Assembly: GCA_044229415.1 (NCBI GenBank)
Contig: JBGATB010000077.1
Span: forward strand, 1-37,270
Source: Myxococcaceae bacterium
GTDB taxonomy: Bacteria > Myxococcota > Myxococcia > Myxococcales > Myxococcaceae
Direction: 5' to 3'
DNA: 37,270 nt
The stretch's first letter is position 1. Each line of letters opens with the position of its first letter. The translations under genes were made by a program, and so were the position numbers. The notes below the pieces were generated by a model. That model searched no databases, was not told where the DNA came from, and saw only the letters and a program-made list of their open reading frames with translations. This document shows, in pieces, positions 18,954 to 26,676 of this stretch.

Positions 18954-20179
18954 GGCTCGCGCTGGGCGTGGCGTTGGCCGGGGCCCTGGTGGCCTGTGGC
19001 GAGGGGCGCCCGCCGCCCGGGCTCGGCGGGGTGGACGGCGCGCAGCCCTTCGTCGACTCCGGGAGCGCCTCCGCGCCGGACTCCGGAGGCGGCTTCACCG
19101 CGGATGCGGGTGGCGGGACGGCGGACGCCGGCAGCACCTCCTCGCCAGACGCCGCGGTGGCCGTGCCGGACGCGGGCCCCTACGTGCCTTCGAACGCGGC
19201 GCTCTTCGGCGCCTGGCGGGACACCGGCATCCGCGCCACCGCCTCTGGCACCTTCAGCACCTCCTCCCAGTGCGCCGCGGGCGCGGTGCTGGGCGAGTGC
19301 GAGGTCCGCGGGGGCGCCTGCGTCTGCCGGGCGGACACGCTCGCGCTGGGAGACCTGCGCGTCACGGGCTCGCGGCCCCTGGTGCTGCTGGTGCGAGACC
19401 GCGCCACCGTCTCCGGCGTGCTCGACCTCTCGGGCGTGGGGAGCGTCCCCGGCGCGGGCAGCAGCCCCAGCGACAGCGCCGGAGGGAGCTCGCTCGCGGG
19501 TGCCCCGGGCGGCAGCCACGCGATGGTGGGCGGCAGCGGCGGCGGTGCCAGCGCGGGGACGCACTACCCCGCGGCGGTGGCGTACGGCACGGCCACCCTC
19601 TCGCCGCTCCAGGCGGGGACCAGCGGCGACTCCTACGGCTCGACCCCGGGCGGCGGCGGCGGCGGCGCGCTGCAGCTCTCCGCGGGGGTGGAGCTCACCG
19701 TCACCGGCTCGGTGCGCGCGAACGGCGGCGGCGGGGCGGCCGGGACCTCGTCCTCGCTCGGTGGTGGAGGCGGGGGCAGCGGTGGGGCGCTCCTGCTCGA
19801 GGCGCCCGCGCTGCGCGTCAGCGGCGGGCTCTACGCCAACGGCGGCGGCGGCGGCGGCGCGGGGCGCAACGGAGACGGCAGTGGCACGCGGGGCGAGGAC
19901 GGCCGCGCAGGGCTGAGCCCAGCGTCCGGTGGCTACGGCGAGGACGGGCACGGCTGCGCGTTGGGCGGCTACACCTCCGGAGGCAATGGGGGCAGCGGCG
20001 GTGCCCTCTCGGCGGGCCCGGGGGCGGGCAGCACCGGGGATTCGGTGACCAACTGCTTCCAGACCGCGCGCGTGGGAGGAGGCGGCGGCGGAGGAGCGCC
20101 CGGCCGCATCCGCCTCAACGGCACGTGCGACTGCCAGGGGAGCTACTCCCCGCTGCCCAGCTTCGGGCCTCTGCGGTAG
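18944..20179 (+). CDS. Gly-rich beta-helix-like repeat lipoprotein with GGA[L] motifs
   Basis: Signal MPVRLALGVALAGALVACG. Repeated modules (L.L.A..LxVxGxVRANGGGGAAG and GGGGGGALQL) carry GGAL three times, reminiscent of polymorphic-membrane-protein or parallel beta-helix repeats. Overlaps the upstream lipoprotein gene by 10 nt. Confidence 0.6.
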   Translation: MPVRLALGVALAGALVACGEGRPPPGLGGVDGAQPFVDSGSASAPDSGGGFTADAGGGTADAGSTSSPDAAVAVPDAGPYVPSNAALFGAWRDTGIRATASGTFSTSSQCAAGAVLGECEVRGGACVCRADTLALGDLRVTGSRPLVLLVRDRATVSGVLDLSGVGSVPGAGSSPSDSAGGSSLAGAPGGSHAMVGGSGGGASAGTHYPAAVAYGTATLSPLQAGTSGDSYGSTPGGGGGGALQLSAGVELTVTGSVRANGGGGAAGTSSSLGGGGGGSGGALLLEAPALRVSGGLYANGGGGGGAGRNGDGSGTRGEDGRAGLSPASGGYGEDGHGCALGGYTSGGNGGSGGALSAGPGAGSTGDSVTNCFQTARVGGGGGGGAPGRIRLNGTCDCQGSYSPLPSFGPLR

Positions 20180-20204
20180 CAATGCAGGTCAGCGAAGGGC
20201 CCCC

Positions 20205-20354
20205 ACGTTCGGCTCGAGCGTAGTGCCGTAGGCACTGCGTCCTTCGGACTGACCTGAAACTTGCCGCGCCCCGCTCAGCCCGAGCGAAGTCGAGGGCCCG
20301 CCGATCGTAGGGACTCTCGCTCGTGGGGCCCTCGACTTCGCTCGGGCTGAGCGG
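20205..20354. repeat. Repeat-family element with a perfect 27-29-bp inverted repeat hairpin between convergent genes (likely bidirectional terminator)
   Basis: AGCGTAGTGCCGTAGGCAC tail segment, then GCTCAGCCCGAGCGAAGTCGAGGGCCC (20273-20299) and its exact reverse complement (20326-20352) around a 26-nt loop. Confidence 0.7.
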
Positions 20355-20388
20355 ACGGCTGACGTTTCTTGCCTTGCTGGCCGCCGCG

Positions 20389-20628
20389 CTACCGGACCTG
20401 GCGCGCGTCCGCGAACGCCAGCAGCCAGGTGTCACCCTGGCCTTCGATCGAGCAGGCCTTGCCGAGGCCGCCGTTGCCCACCATGCAGCGGTACCGCGCG
20501 AGCCGGCCCGTGCCGCTGTTCTTTGCGTCAGGCCGCAGACGGATGGCCCCGCTGGGCCCCCAGCGCCTGCGGGCCTCGACTCGCGCCTCCGACTCCGTCA
20601 TGTCTTTCGCCTCTCGCGCCATGGGCAC
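20389..20628 (-). CDS. Candidate small ORF (79 aa) of unknown function downstream of the STAND pseudokinase gene
   Basis: GC3 is very high (~88%), as expected for a real gene. The overlapping + strand ORF has a lower GC3. The ORF lies 48 nt after the STAND gene stop on the same strand and ends just before the hairpin. No RBS or homology was recognised. Confidence 0.4.
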   Translation of the reverse strand: MPMAREAKDMTESEARVEARRRWGPSGAIRLRPDAKNSGTGRLARYRCMVGNGGLGKACSIEGQGDTWLLAFADARQVR

Positions 20629-20676
20629 GGCACCCTAGTTCAAGCGCGCGGCGAATAGCCATTCGCGGCCCGGGGC

Positions 20677-23600
20677 TCAGGGCGCGGCGAGCCGGGCTTC
20701 CAGCGCGCGCGTCCGCGCGAGCCAGCCCTGGGCCACGGAGAGCTCCCTCGCGCGGGTCAGCTCCGCCCGGACGCGCGCGCCGTCACCCGCGGCCTCCAGC
20801 AGGCGGACGCGCTCCAGCGCCGCCGCGTACGCGCCGTAGGGGCTGTCCGTTGCGCGGGCCACCGCCTCCGCTTCGCCCAGCAGCGCCGCCGCCTGGCGCG
20901 TCCGGCCCGCGAGGCGGGCGAGCGCCGCGCGTACCACCAGCGCGTGGCAGCGCAGCAGTGGAACGTTGGCCACCGAGCGCAGCGTCCTCGCGGCGCGCGC
21001 CAGCCGCCGCCGCTGCTGCGCGGTGGCTCCCCCGGGCCGCTGCGCGCGCTCCAGCTCTCCGTAGGCGCGGAAGACGAAGAAGTGCTTGAGGTGCAGCGGC
21101 ACCACCGGGGCGGGGATCTTCAGCGCCTCGAAGGCGGCTACCGCATCATCGAACGGCTCGCCCAGCTCGCCGGTCTCGAGGAAGAAGCCCAGGCGGTTGC
21201 CCTCCACGATCCCGCGCGCGTAGGTGGACTGCGCGCCCAGCCCGGTCAGCCGGGCGAGCAGGGCGCCCGCCTCCTCCTCGCGCCCGAGCGCGGGCAGCAC
21301 GCTCAGCTGGAAGGAGAGCGTGGCGTGGCCTTCGCTCGCGCCGCCGGCCACCACCATCGTCTGCTGCGCCGCCGCGCGGATCTTCTCGATGCAGGCGAAC
21401 GCCTCGAGGTGGTACCCCCGCATCAGCTGGCTGAAGAGCACCGCGCCGTAGTGGGAGATGTAGTCGCCGGTGTCGAGCCACCGGGTCATCGGCTCCATCC
21501 GCTCGCCGCGGCGCTGCTCCTCCACCGCCTCCCCGAGGAAGCCCTGGGCGAGCGCGTCGTAGAAGAGGTTCCGGGCGCGCGCGAGCGGATCTTCCAGCTG
21601 CTCGGCCATCCGGCCTCCGAGTGAGAGGAAGCGCTCCGCGGTGCCCCGCAGCTGCAGCGTGGCGAGCACCGCGCCGTAGGTGGAGAGGGCGCGGGAGCTC
21701 TCGCGCGAAGGGCTCACCAGGCAGGCCGGGCGCAGGCAGCGCACCGCGAACTCCATGTAGCGCAGCGGGTTCACCTGGAAGTACGCGACCAGCGCGCCCA
21801 CGTCATAGAGCTCGAGCAGCACGTTGAGCCGCGCCCGCGGCTCGCCCTTGGCGCTGCCCTGGGAAGCGCGGCGCCTCCACGCGAGGATCCCGGCGAGCCA
21901 GGCCCAGAGCAGCGCGAGCACGCGCAGGACGCCGTTGCGCGGGAAGCGCTGCCCCGCCTCCTCGAGCGCGGCCACCACTTGCGGCCACGCCTTGGCCGAC
22001 TCGAAGTTGGAGCAGCGCGCCTTGGCGATCCGCGTCCGCAGCGTCACCCGCTTCCAGCGGTCCTCCGTGCGCTCCAGGGCCGCCTCGAAGCGCTCCACCG
22101 CCTCCACCAGCCGGCCGGTGCGCGCCTGGGCCTCGCCCTCCAGCTCCAGGAGCTCCGGGGCGCTCTCGGTGCCCGCGAGCGCCGCCGCGGCGCGGGCCGT
22201 CTTCAGGAACTCGAGCGCCTTCTCGTGGGCGTGCGTCCCCAGCGCGCGCGCAGCCGCCTCGAGGTTCACCTTCTGGACGCGGAGCGGATCTCGCTCGGGC
22301 TCGCCGTGCCCTAAGTGGTGGGCGAGCGCGAAGACGGCGTCGTCGCCGGCGCCGCCCCGGCGCTCGAGCCGCTCCGCCAGCTGCTGGTGGAGCGCCCGCC
22401 GGGCCGGCTCGGTGAGCTGGGAGAGCAGCGCCTCCTGCACCTGGTCATGGACGAAGGCGTAGCTGCTCCGGGAGCGGCGCTCCACCAGGTGCTCGCGCAT
22501 CGCCTCGCCGAGCCGCTCGTCCACCTGCGCGGCGGCGAGCCCGGTCTGCTCCAGGAGCAGCTCACTGGAGAAGGGCGACCCCTGCACCGCCGCCGCGCCG
22601 AGCACGTCCGCCATCTGGGGGTGGAGCGTGGCCAGGCGCCGGAAGACGAGCTGCAGCACGTTGGCGGGCAGCTCAGCGGCGCCCGGGGCAGGCGGCGCCA
22701 CCCGCCAGCGGTCCCACGAGGGCAGCAGGCGCCCCGCGTCCAGCATGGCGCGCACGTACTCGCCCGCGGCGAACGGGCTGCCGGCGCTGTAGGCCGCCAC
22801 CTGCTTGACGAAGGTCCAGTCCACCTCGCGGCCCCCGAGCTGATCTCGCACCAGCTCGCCCAGCGAGAGGTCATCCAGCGGGCCCAGCTTCATCCGGGCG
22901 AGCCGCTCGAAGCGGGCGCAGTGGCGCGCCACCGCGGGCTCGCTCTCCCCATCGCTCCGGGCCGTCATCGCCACCAGGAGCCGCCCGGTCTTCAGGGCGC
23001 GCGCGGCCACGCGGGCAAGCACCTCCCGGGAGGCCTCGTCCAGCCACTGCACATCGTCGATGAAGAGCAGGGTGGGGCCGTGGGCTTGCGCGAAGGCGAC
23101 GAAGAAGTCCGCCAGCGAGTCGAAGAACTGCTGCTCCCCCACCTCCACCGCGCCGCCAGCATCCTCGAGCAGCAGCGCGAGCGCCGGGGAGAAGCGGCGC
23201 AGCACCGGCGCCAGCGGGCCCGCCGCGGCGCGCACCCGCCGCGTCAGCTCGGAGGACTCGCCCACTTCGCGCAGGTGCTCCTCCAGGGCCAGGCGAAGCG
23301 CCGCGAACGGCGCGCTCGCGGCCAGCGAGCACTTTCCCGCGAGCACCAGCGCGCCGCTGGCGCGGGCCTCCTCCGCCACCTCTTCCACCAGCCGGCTCTT
23401 GCCGCTGCCCGGATCGCCTTCGACGAGCACGGCCTTGCCGTTGCCCCCGCGGGCCTCGGTCCAGATCGCCCGCAGCTCCGCCAGCTCCCAGTTACGGCCG
23501 AAGAGCCGCGGAGGGGGTGGCCGCCGGTGCGCCGGCAGCCTGCCGGGGTGCACCGGCAGGAGCCGGCCGCCGCCGCCCTGCAGCGAGAGCGCGTCCAGCT

Positions 23601-24279
23601 CCGCCGCGAGCTCCGCGCCGCTCTGGTAGCGCCGCTCCGGGTCCTCTTCGGTGAGCCGGGTGAGGACGCGCCGCAGCCCGTCGCCGAGCAGCGCGGGGGT
23701 GCCGGCGCAGTGGCGGAGGATCGCCCCGAGCGCGAAGAGGTCGCTTCGGGCGTCCACCGCTCCGCGCCCGGTGCCGGCGCGCTCCGGCGCGCGAAAGCCC
23801 GCCGCGGCGCCGGCGTCCGCCTCTTGCGGCTCCGCGCCCAGGTCCACCAGCTTCACCTGCCCGCCCGGGTGGACGGTGATGGAGGAGAGGCTCAGCTCGC
23901 CGCGGACGTGCCCGCGCTGATGGGCCGAGTCGAGCGCGCCGGCGAGCGAGCGCGCGATTGAGGTGAGCGTGGCCTCGCGGACCGGGCCGCGGGCGGCGAG
24001 CGCGGCCAGCGAGTCACCGTCCACCCGCTCGGTGATCGCGTAGAGCAGCTCGCCGTGCTCCTCCACGGAGTGGACGCGGATGATCGCCGGGTGGTTGAGC
24101 CGCGCCAGCTCCGCCGCCTCCCGCCGGAAGCGCGCCCGCAGGGCATCGTCGGCGCTCTCGAGCACCCGCACCGCCACCGGGTGGCCCTCGCGCATCGCGC
24201 GGTAGATCGCCCCCTGGCGCGTGCGCGCCAGCAGCCCTTCCACGCGGAGCTCCGGGAGCGCAGGCCACGCGCTGGACAT
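20677..24279 (-). CDS. STAND-type protein: N-terminal degenerate protein-kinase (pseudokinase) domain, central AAA/NB-ARC-like ATPase (Walker A GDPGSGKS) and C-terminal TPR/helical repeat region (PknK/MalT-like)
   Basis: The kinase-like domain retains GxGxxG-like and APE (FRAPE). VAIK-Lys is replaced by VAVRVL, HRDLKPxN by HVRGELSLSSI, and DFG by DLG. Walker A GDPGSGKSRLVEEVAEEA and Walker B LLFIDDVQWLD are present. The C-terminal ~600 aa is helical-repeat. ATG at 24279, with an alternative GTG at 24321. Confidence 0.85.
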   Translation of the reverse strand: MSSAWPALPELRVEGLLARTRQGAIYRAMREGHPVAVRVLESADDALRARFRREAAELARLNHPAIIRVHSVEEHGELLYAITERVDGDSLAALAARGPVREATLTSIARSLAGALDSAHQRGHVRGELSLSSITVHPGGQVKLVDLGAEPQEADAGAAAGFRAPERAGTGRGAVDARSDLFALGAILRHCAGTPALLGDGLRRVLTRLTEEDPERRYQSGAELAAELDALSLQGGGGRLLPVHPGRLPAHRRPPPPRLFGRNWELAELRAIWTEARGGNGKAVLVEGDPGSGKSRLVEEVAEEARASGALVLAGKCSLAASAPFAALRLALEEHLREVGESSELTRRVRAAAGPLAPVLRRFSPALALLLEDAGGAVEVGEQQFFDSLADFFVAFAQAHGPTLLFIDDVQWLDEASREVLARVAARALKTGRLLVAMTARSDGESEPAVARHCARFERLARMKLGPLDDLSLGELVRDQLGGREVDWTFVKQVAAYSAGSPFAAGEYVRAMLDAGRLLPSWDRWRVAPPAPGAAELPANVLQLVFRRLATLHPQMADVLGAAAVQGSPFSSELLLEQTGLAAAQVDERLGEAMREHLVERRSRSSYAFVHDQVQEALLSQLTEPARRALHQQLAERLERRGGAGDDAVFALAHHLGHGEPERDPLRVQKVNLEAAARALGTHAHEKALEFLKTARAAAALAGTESAPELLELEGEAQARTGRLVEAVERFEAALERTEDRWKRVTLRTRIAKARCSNFESAKAWPQVVAALEEAGQRFPRNGVLRVLALLWAWLAGILAWRRRASQGSAKGEPRARLNVLLELYDVGALVAYFQVNPLRYMEFAVRCLRPACLVSPSRESSRALSTYGAVLATLQLRGTAERFLSLGGRMAEQLEDPLARARNLFYDALAQGFLGEAVEEQRRGERMEPMTRWLDTGDYISHYGAVLFSQLMRGYHLEAFACIEKIRAAAQQTMVVAGGASEGHATLSFQLSVLPALGREEEAGALLARLTGLGAQSTYARGIVEGNRLGFFLETGELGEPFDDAVAAFEALKIPAPVVPLHLKHFFVFRAYGELERAQRPGGATAQQRRRLARAARTLRSVANVPLLRCHALVVRAALARLAGRTRQAAALLGEAEAVARATDSPYGAYAAALERVRLLEAAGDGARVRAELTRARELSVAQGWLARTRALEARLAAP

Positions 24280-24371
24280 GGGCGCGCAGCGTAGTCGACT
24301 TCCCCAGCGTCGATGTCGCACATCGCCAGCGCTTGGACGCTCGCCCGCTCGGAGCTAGCTTGCCGCGCCCT

Positions 24372-25298
24372 ATGAGACAGGGACTGCTCTGGCTGGCGGT
24401 GCTGGCCTGCTCCGCGGGCTGCATCGACCGGATGATCCTGGACGGCACGCTCAAGTCCACGCGCGACGCCGCCACCGCCTTTGACACGCTCTCGGACCTG
24501 GAGGTGGCGCGGACCGGCGCCGCCTCCAGCCTCGTGCAGATTGAAGGGATGCAGAAGCTCGCCCCGGACAATGAGGACGCGCTGTTCCTGCTCCTCCAGT
24601 CGTGGACCGGCTTCGCGGGCGCCTTCCAGGAGGACGACTGGGAGGAGGCGTACGGCCGGGGTGACGAGGACGCCGAGGCGCTGCACGCGGGGAACGCGAA
24701 GGCGTCCTACGACCGGGCCATCGGCTACGGCGAGCAGCTGCTGCAGCGGCGCCACCCGGGCTTCGCGGCGGCCTCGCGCAACTACGACACGGTGAAGGCG
24801 TACCTCGCCGGCTTCGGCAAGGAGGACGCGGAGGCGCTGCTGTGGATGGGCATCGCCTGGCTCTCTCGCGGCGGCGTGGCGGCGGAGCGCCCGGAGATCG
24901 TCGCGGACCTCTTCGTGGGCGTGGCGCTGCTGGAGCGCAGCGTGGAGCTCAACGGCGAGCTGGCCTACGGGCTGGGCGAGGCGGCGTTGGGCGCCTACCA
25001 CGCGCGCTCGCCGGACGCGGAGCTGCCGCAGGCCAAGGCGCTGTTCGAGAAGTCGCTCGCGCGCACCGCGCGCAAGGCGCTCACCACCCAGGTGCTCTAC
25101 GCGCAGAACTACGCGTGCAACACGCACGACGAGAAGCTCTACCGCCAGCTGTTGGACGAGGTCCTCGCCGCCGGGGACGTGCTCCCCGCGCAGCGGCTGG
25201 AGAACACCATCGCCAAGAAGAAGGCCAAGCGGTACCTCACCCCGCCGCGGCTCGCCCGCTGCGGCTTCTCCGCCAGCGCTTCGAAGGAGACCCCATGA
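24372..25298 (+). CDS. TatT-like TPR lipoprotein (TRAP transporter TatT component family)
   Basis: Lipoprotein signal MRQGLLWLAVLACSAGC. A helical TPR-like body. The stop overlaps the dctP-like start (ATGA). Confidence 0.7.
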   Translation: MRQGLLWLAVLACSAGCIDRMILDGTLKSTRDAATAFDTLSDLEVARTGAASSLVQIEGMQKLAPDNEDALFLLLQSWTGFAGAFQEDDWEEAYGRGDEDAEALHAGNAKASYDRAIGYGEQLLQRRHPGFAAASRNYDTVKAYLAGFGKEDAEALLWMGIAWLSRGGVAAERPEIVADLFVGVALLERSVELNGELAYGLGEAALGAYHARSPDAELPQAKALFEKSLARTARKALTTQVLYAQNYACNTHDEKLYRQLLDEVLAAGDVLPAQRLENTIAKKKAKRYLTPPRLARCGFSASASKETP

Positions 25299-26266
25299 GC
25301 CGCCTCGTCTTTGCCGCCCTGCTCGCGGGCGCGCTCGCCGCGCGCGCGGAGCCCGTCACCCTGAAGGTGGGCTCCATCGCCCCGCGCGAGTCGCCCTGGG
25401 GCCAGGTGCTGCGCGTCTGGGCCAAGGCGGTGAAGGAGAAGACCAAGGGCGAGGTGAACATCGAGTTCTTCTGGAACGCCACCCAGGGGGACGAGCCCGC
25501 GCAGATGTCGAAGATCAAGACCGGCCAGCTGGACGGCGCGGTGGTGAGCGCGGTGGGGCTGGGCGTGGTGGACCCGAACGTCAACGTCCTGCAGTTGCCC
25601 GGCGTGTACGGCGGCTGGGAGAAGCTGGACAAGGTTCGCGACACGCTCAAGCCGCGCTTCGAGAAGACCTTCAAGGCGGCAGGCTTCGAGCTGGTGGGGT
25701 GGGGTGACATCGGGCTGGATCGCTGGATGTCCAAGGGCTACGCGATCCGCAAGCCGGAGGACCTCAAGGGCAAGCGGCCGTGGATCTGGCGCGAAGATCC
25801 CGTCCTGCCCGCCCTGTTCCAGGCGATCGGCGTGGTGCCGGTGCCCACCTCGGTGCCGGAGGCGCTCCCGGAGCTCTCCACCGGGAACGTGAGCGCGCTG
25901 TCCGCGTCCGCGCTGGCGGCGGAGCAGCTGCAGTGGAGCAGCCGGCTGGATCACGTGAACCTCATGGTGGTGGCGCCGAACATCGGCGGGCTCGTCCTCT
26001 CCAAGGCGAAGCTGGACGCGCTCAAGCCGGAGCAGCGGGCCGCGGTGGTGGACACCGGCAAGGTCGCCGCCAAGGCGCTCACCGACCGGATCCGCGGAGA
26101 GGACGCCCAGGCGCTCGAGCGGGTGAAGAAGCGGATGACGGTGGTGGAGCCCACGGCGGAGGAGCTGGCCGCATGGCAGAAGGTCTTCAAGGACGCGCGC
26201 GCCCGGTTGGGCAAGGGTGGCTTCCCGCCGGAGCTGCTCGCCGAGGTCGAGAAGCTGGCGCAGTAA
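25295..26266 (+). CDS. dctP: TRAP transporter substrate-binding protein (DctP/TatP family)
   Basis: Signal peptide MSRLVFAALLAGALAARA. The sequence is DctP-like throughout. AAGGAGA RBS. Translationally coupled to the TatT gene. Confidence 0.85.
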   Translation: MSRLVFAALLAGALAARAEPVTLKVGSIAPRESPWGQVLRVWAKAVKEKTKGEVNIEFFWNATQGDEPAQMSKIKTGQLDGAVVSAVGLGVVDPNVNVLQLPGVYGGWEKLDKVRDTLKPRFEKTFKAAGFELVGWGDIGLDRWMSKGYAIRKPEDLKGKRPWIWREDPVLPALFQAIGVVPVPTSVPEALPELSTGNVSALSASALAAEQLQWSSRLDHVNLMVVAPNIGGLVLSKAKLDALKPEQRAAVVDTGKVAAKALTDRIRGEDAQALERVKKRMTVVEPTAEELAAWQKVFKDARARLGKGGFPPELLAEVEKLAQ

Positions 26267-26668
26267 CCGTTCACCCCGAGCGAAGTCGAGGGGCGCTGGT
26301 GTTCACCGCTCACAAGGGAGTCCGAACCGTTCACCCCGAGCGAAGTCGAGGGGCGCTGGTGTTCACCGCTCACATGAGAGTCCGTGGTGTCCCCATCCCG
26401 TTCACCCCGAGCGAAGTCGAGGGGCGCTGGTGTTCACCGCTCACATGAGAGTCTGTGGTGTCCCCATCCCGTTCACCCCGAGCGAAGTCGAGGGGCGCCG
26501 GTGTTCACCGCTCACATGAGAGTCCAAGCCGTCTCCACAATCGTTTTCACGGAGGGAAGTCGCTGGGGCGTGGCCTTCGAGGACGTTTGTGGGGCCCTCG
26601 ACTTCGCTCGGGCTGAACGGGGCGAGACCGTTCTCGGTGAACGGGGTGAGACCGTTCTCGCTGAGCGG
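26267..26668. repeat. Tandem array of the GTTCACCCCGAG repeat family: four direct ~60-71-bp copies, one inverted copy and flanking short inverted repeats, lying between dctP and dctQ
   Basis: Direct copies start at 26267, 26327, 26398 and 26469 (CCGTTCACCCCGAGCGAAGTCGAGGGGCGCTGGTGTTCACCGCTCACA plus a variable 12-23 nt). The inverted copy GCCCTCGACTTCGCTCGGGCTGAACGG is at 26594-26620. It is followed by GAGACCGTTCTCGGTGAACGG and GAGACCGTTCTCGCTGAGCGG. Confidence 0.8.
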
Positions 26669-26676
26669 TGCGCCAC

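Noticed and set aside
20323-20658. 111-aa plus-strand ORF in the convergent gap
   Set aside because: It has a lower third-position GC than the overlapping minus-strand 79-aa ORF. It starts inside the hairpin arm and has a low-complexity product. The minus-strand ORF was preferred, itself only tentatively.
22315-23961. 548-aa plus-strand ORF
   Set aside because: Antisense to the STAND pseudokinase gene. No domain signal.
26267-26668. Possible CRISPR array, since it has regular direct repeats
   Set aside because: The conserved unit is ~48 bp. The intervening variable parts are only 12-23 bp and resemble each other. An inverted copy is present. No cas genes are nearby. It fits a REP/MITE tandem array, not CRISPR.
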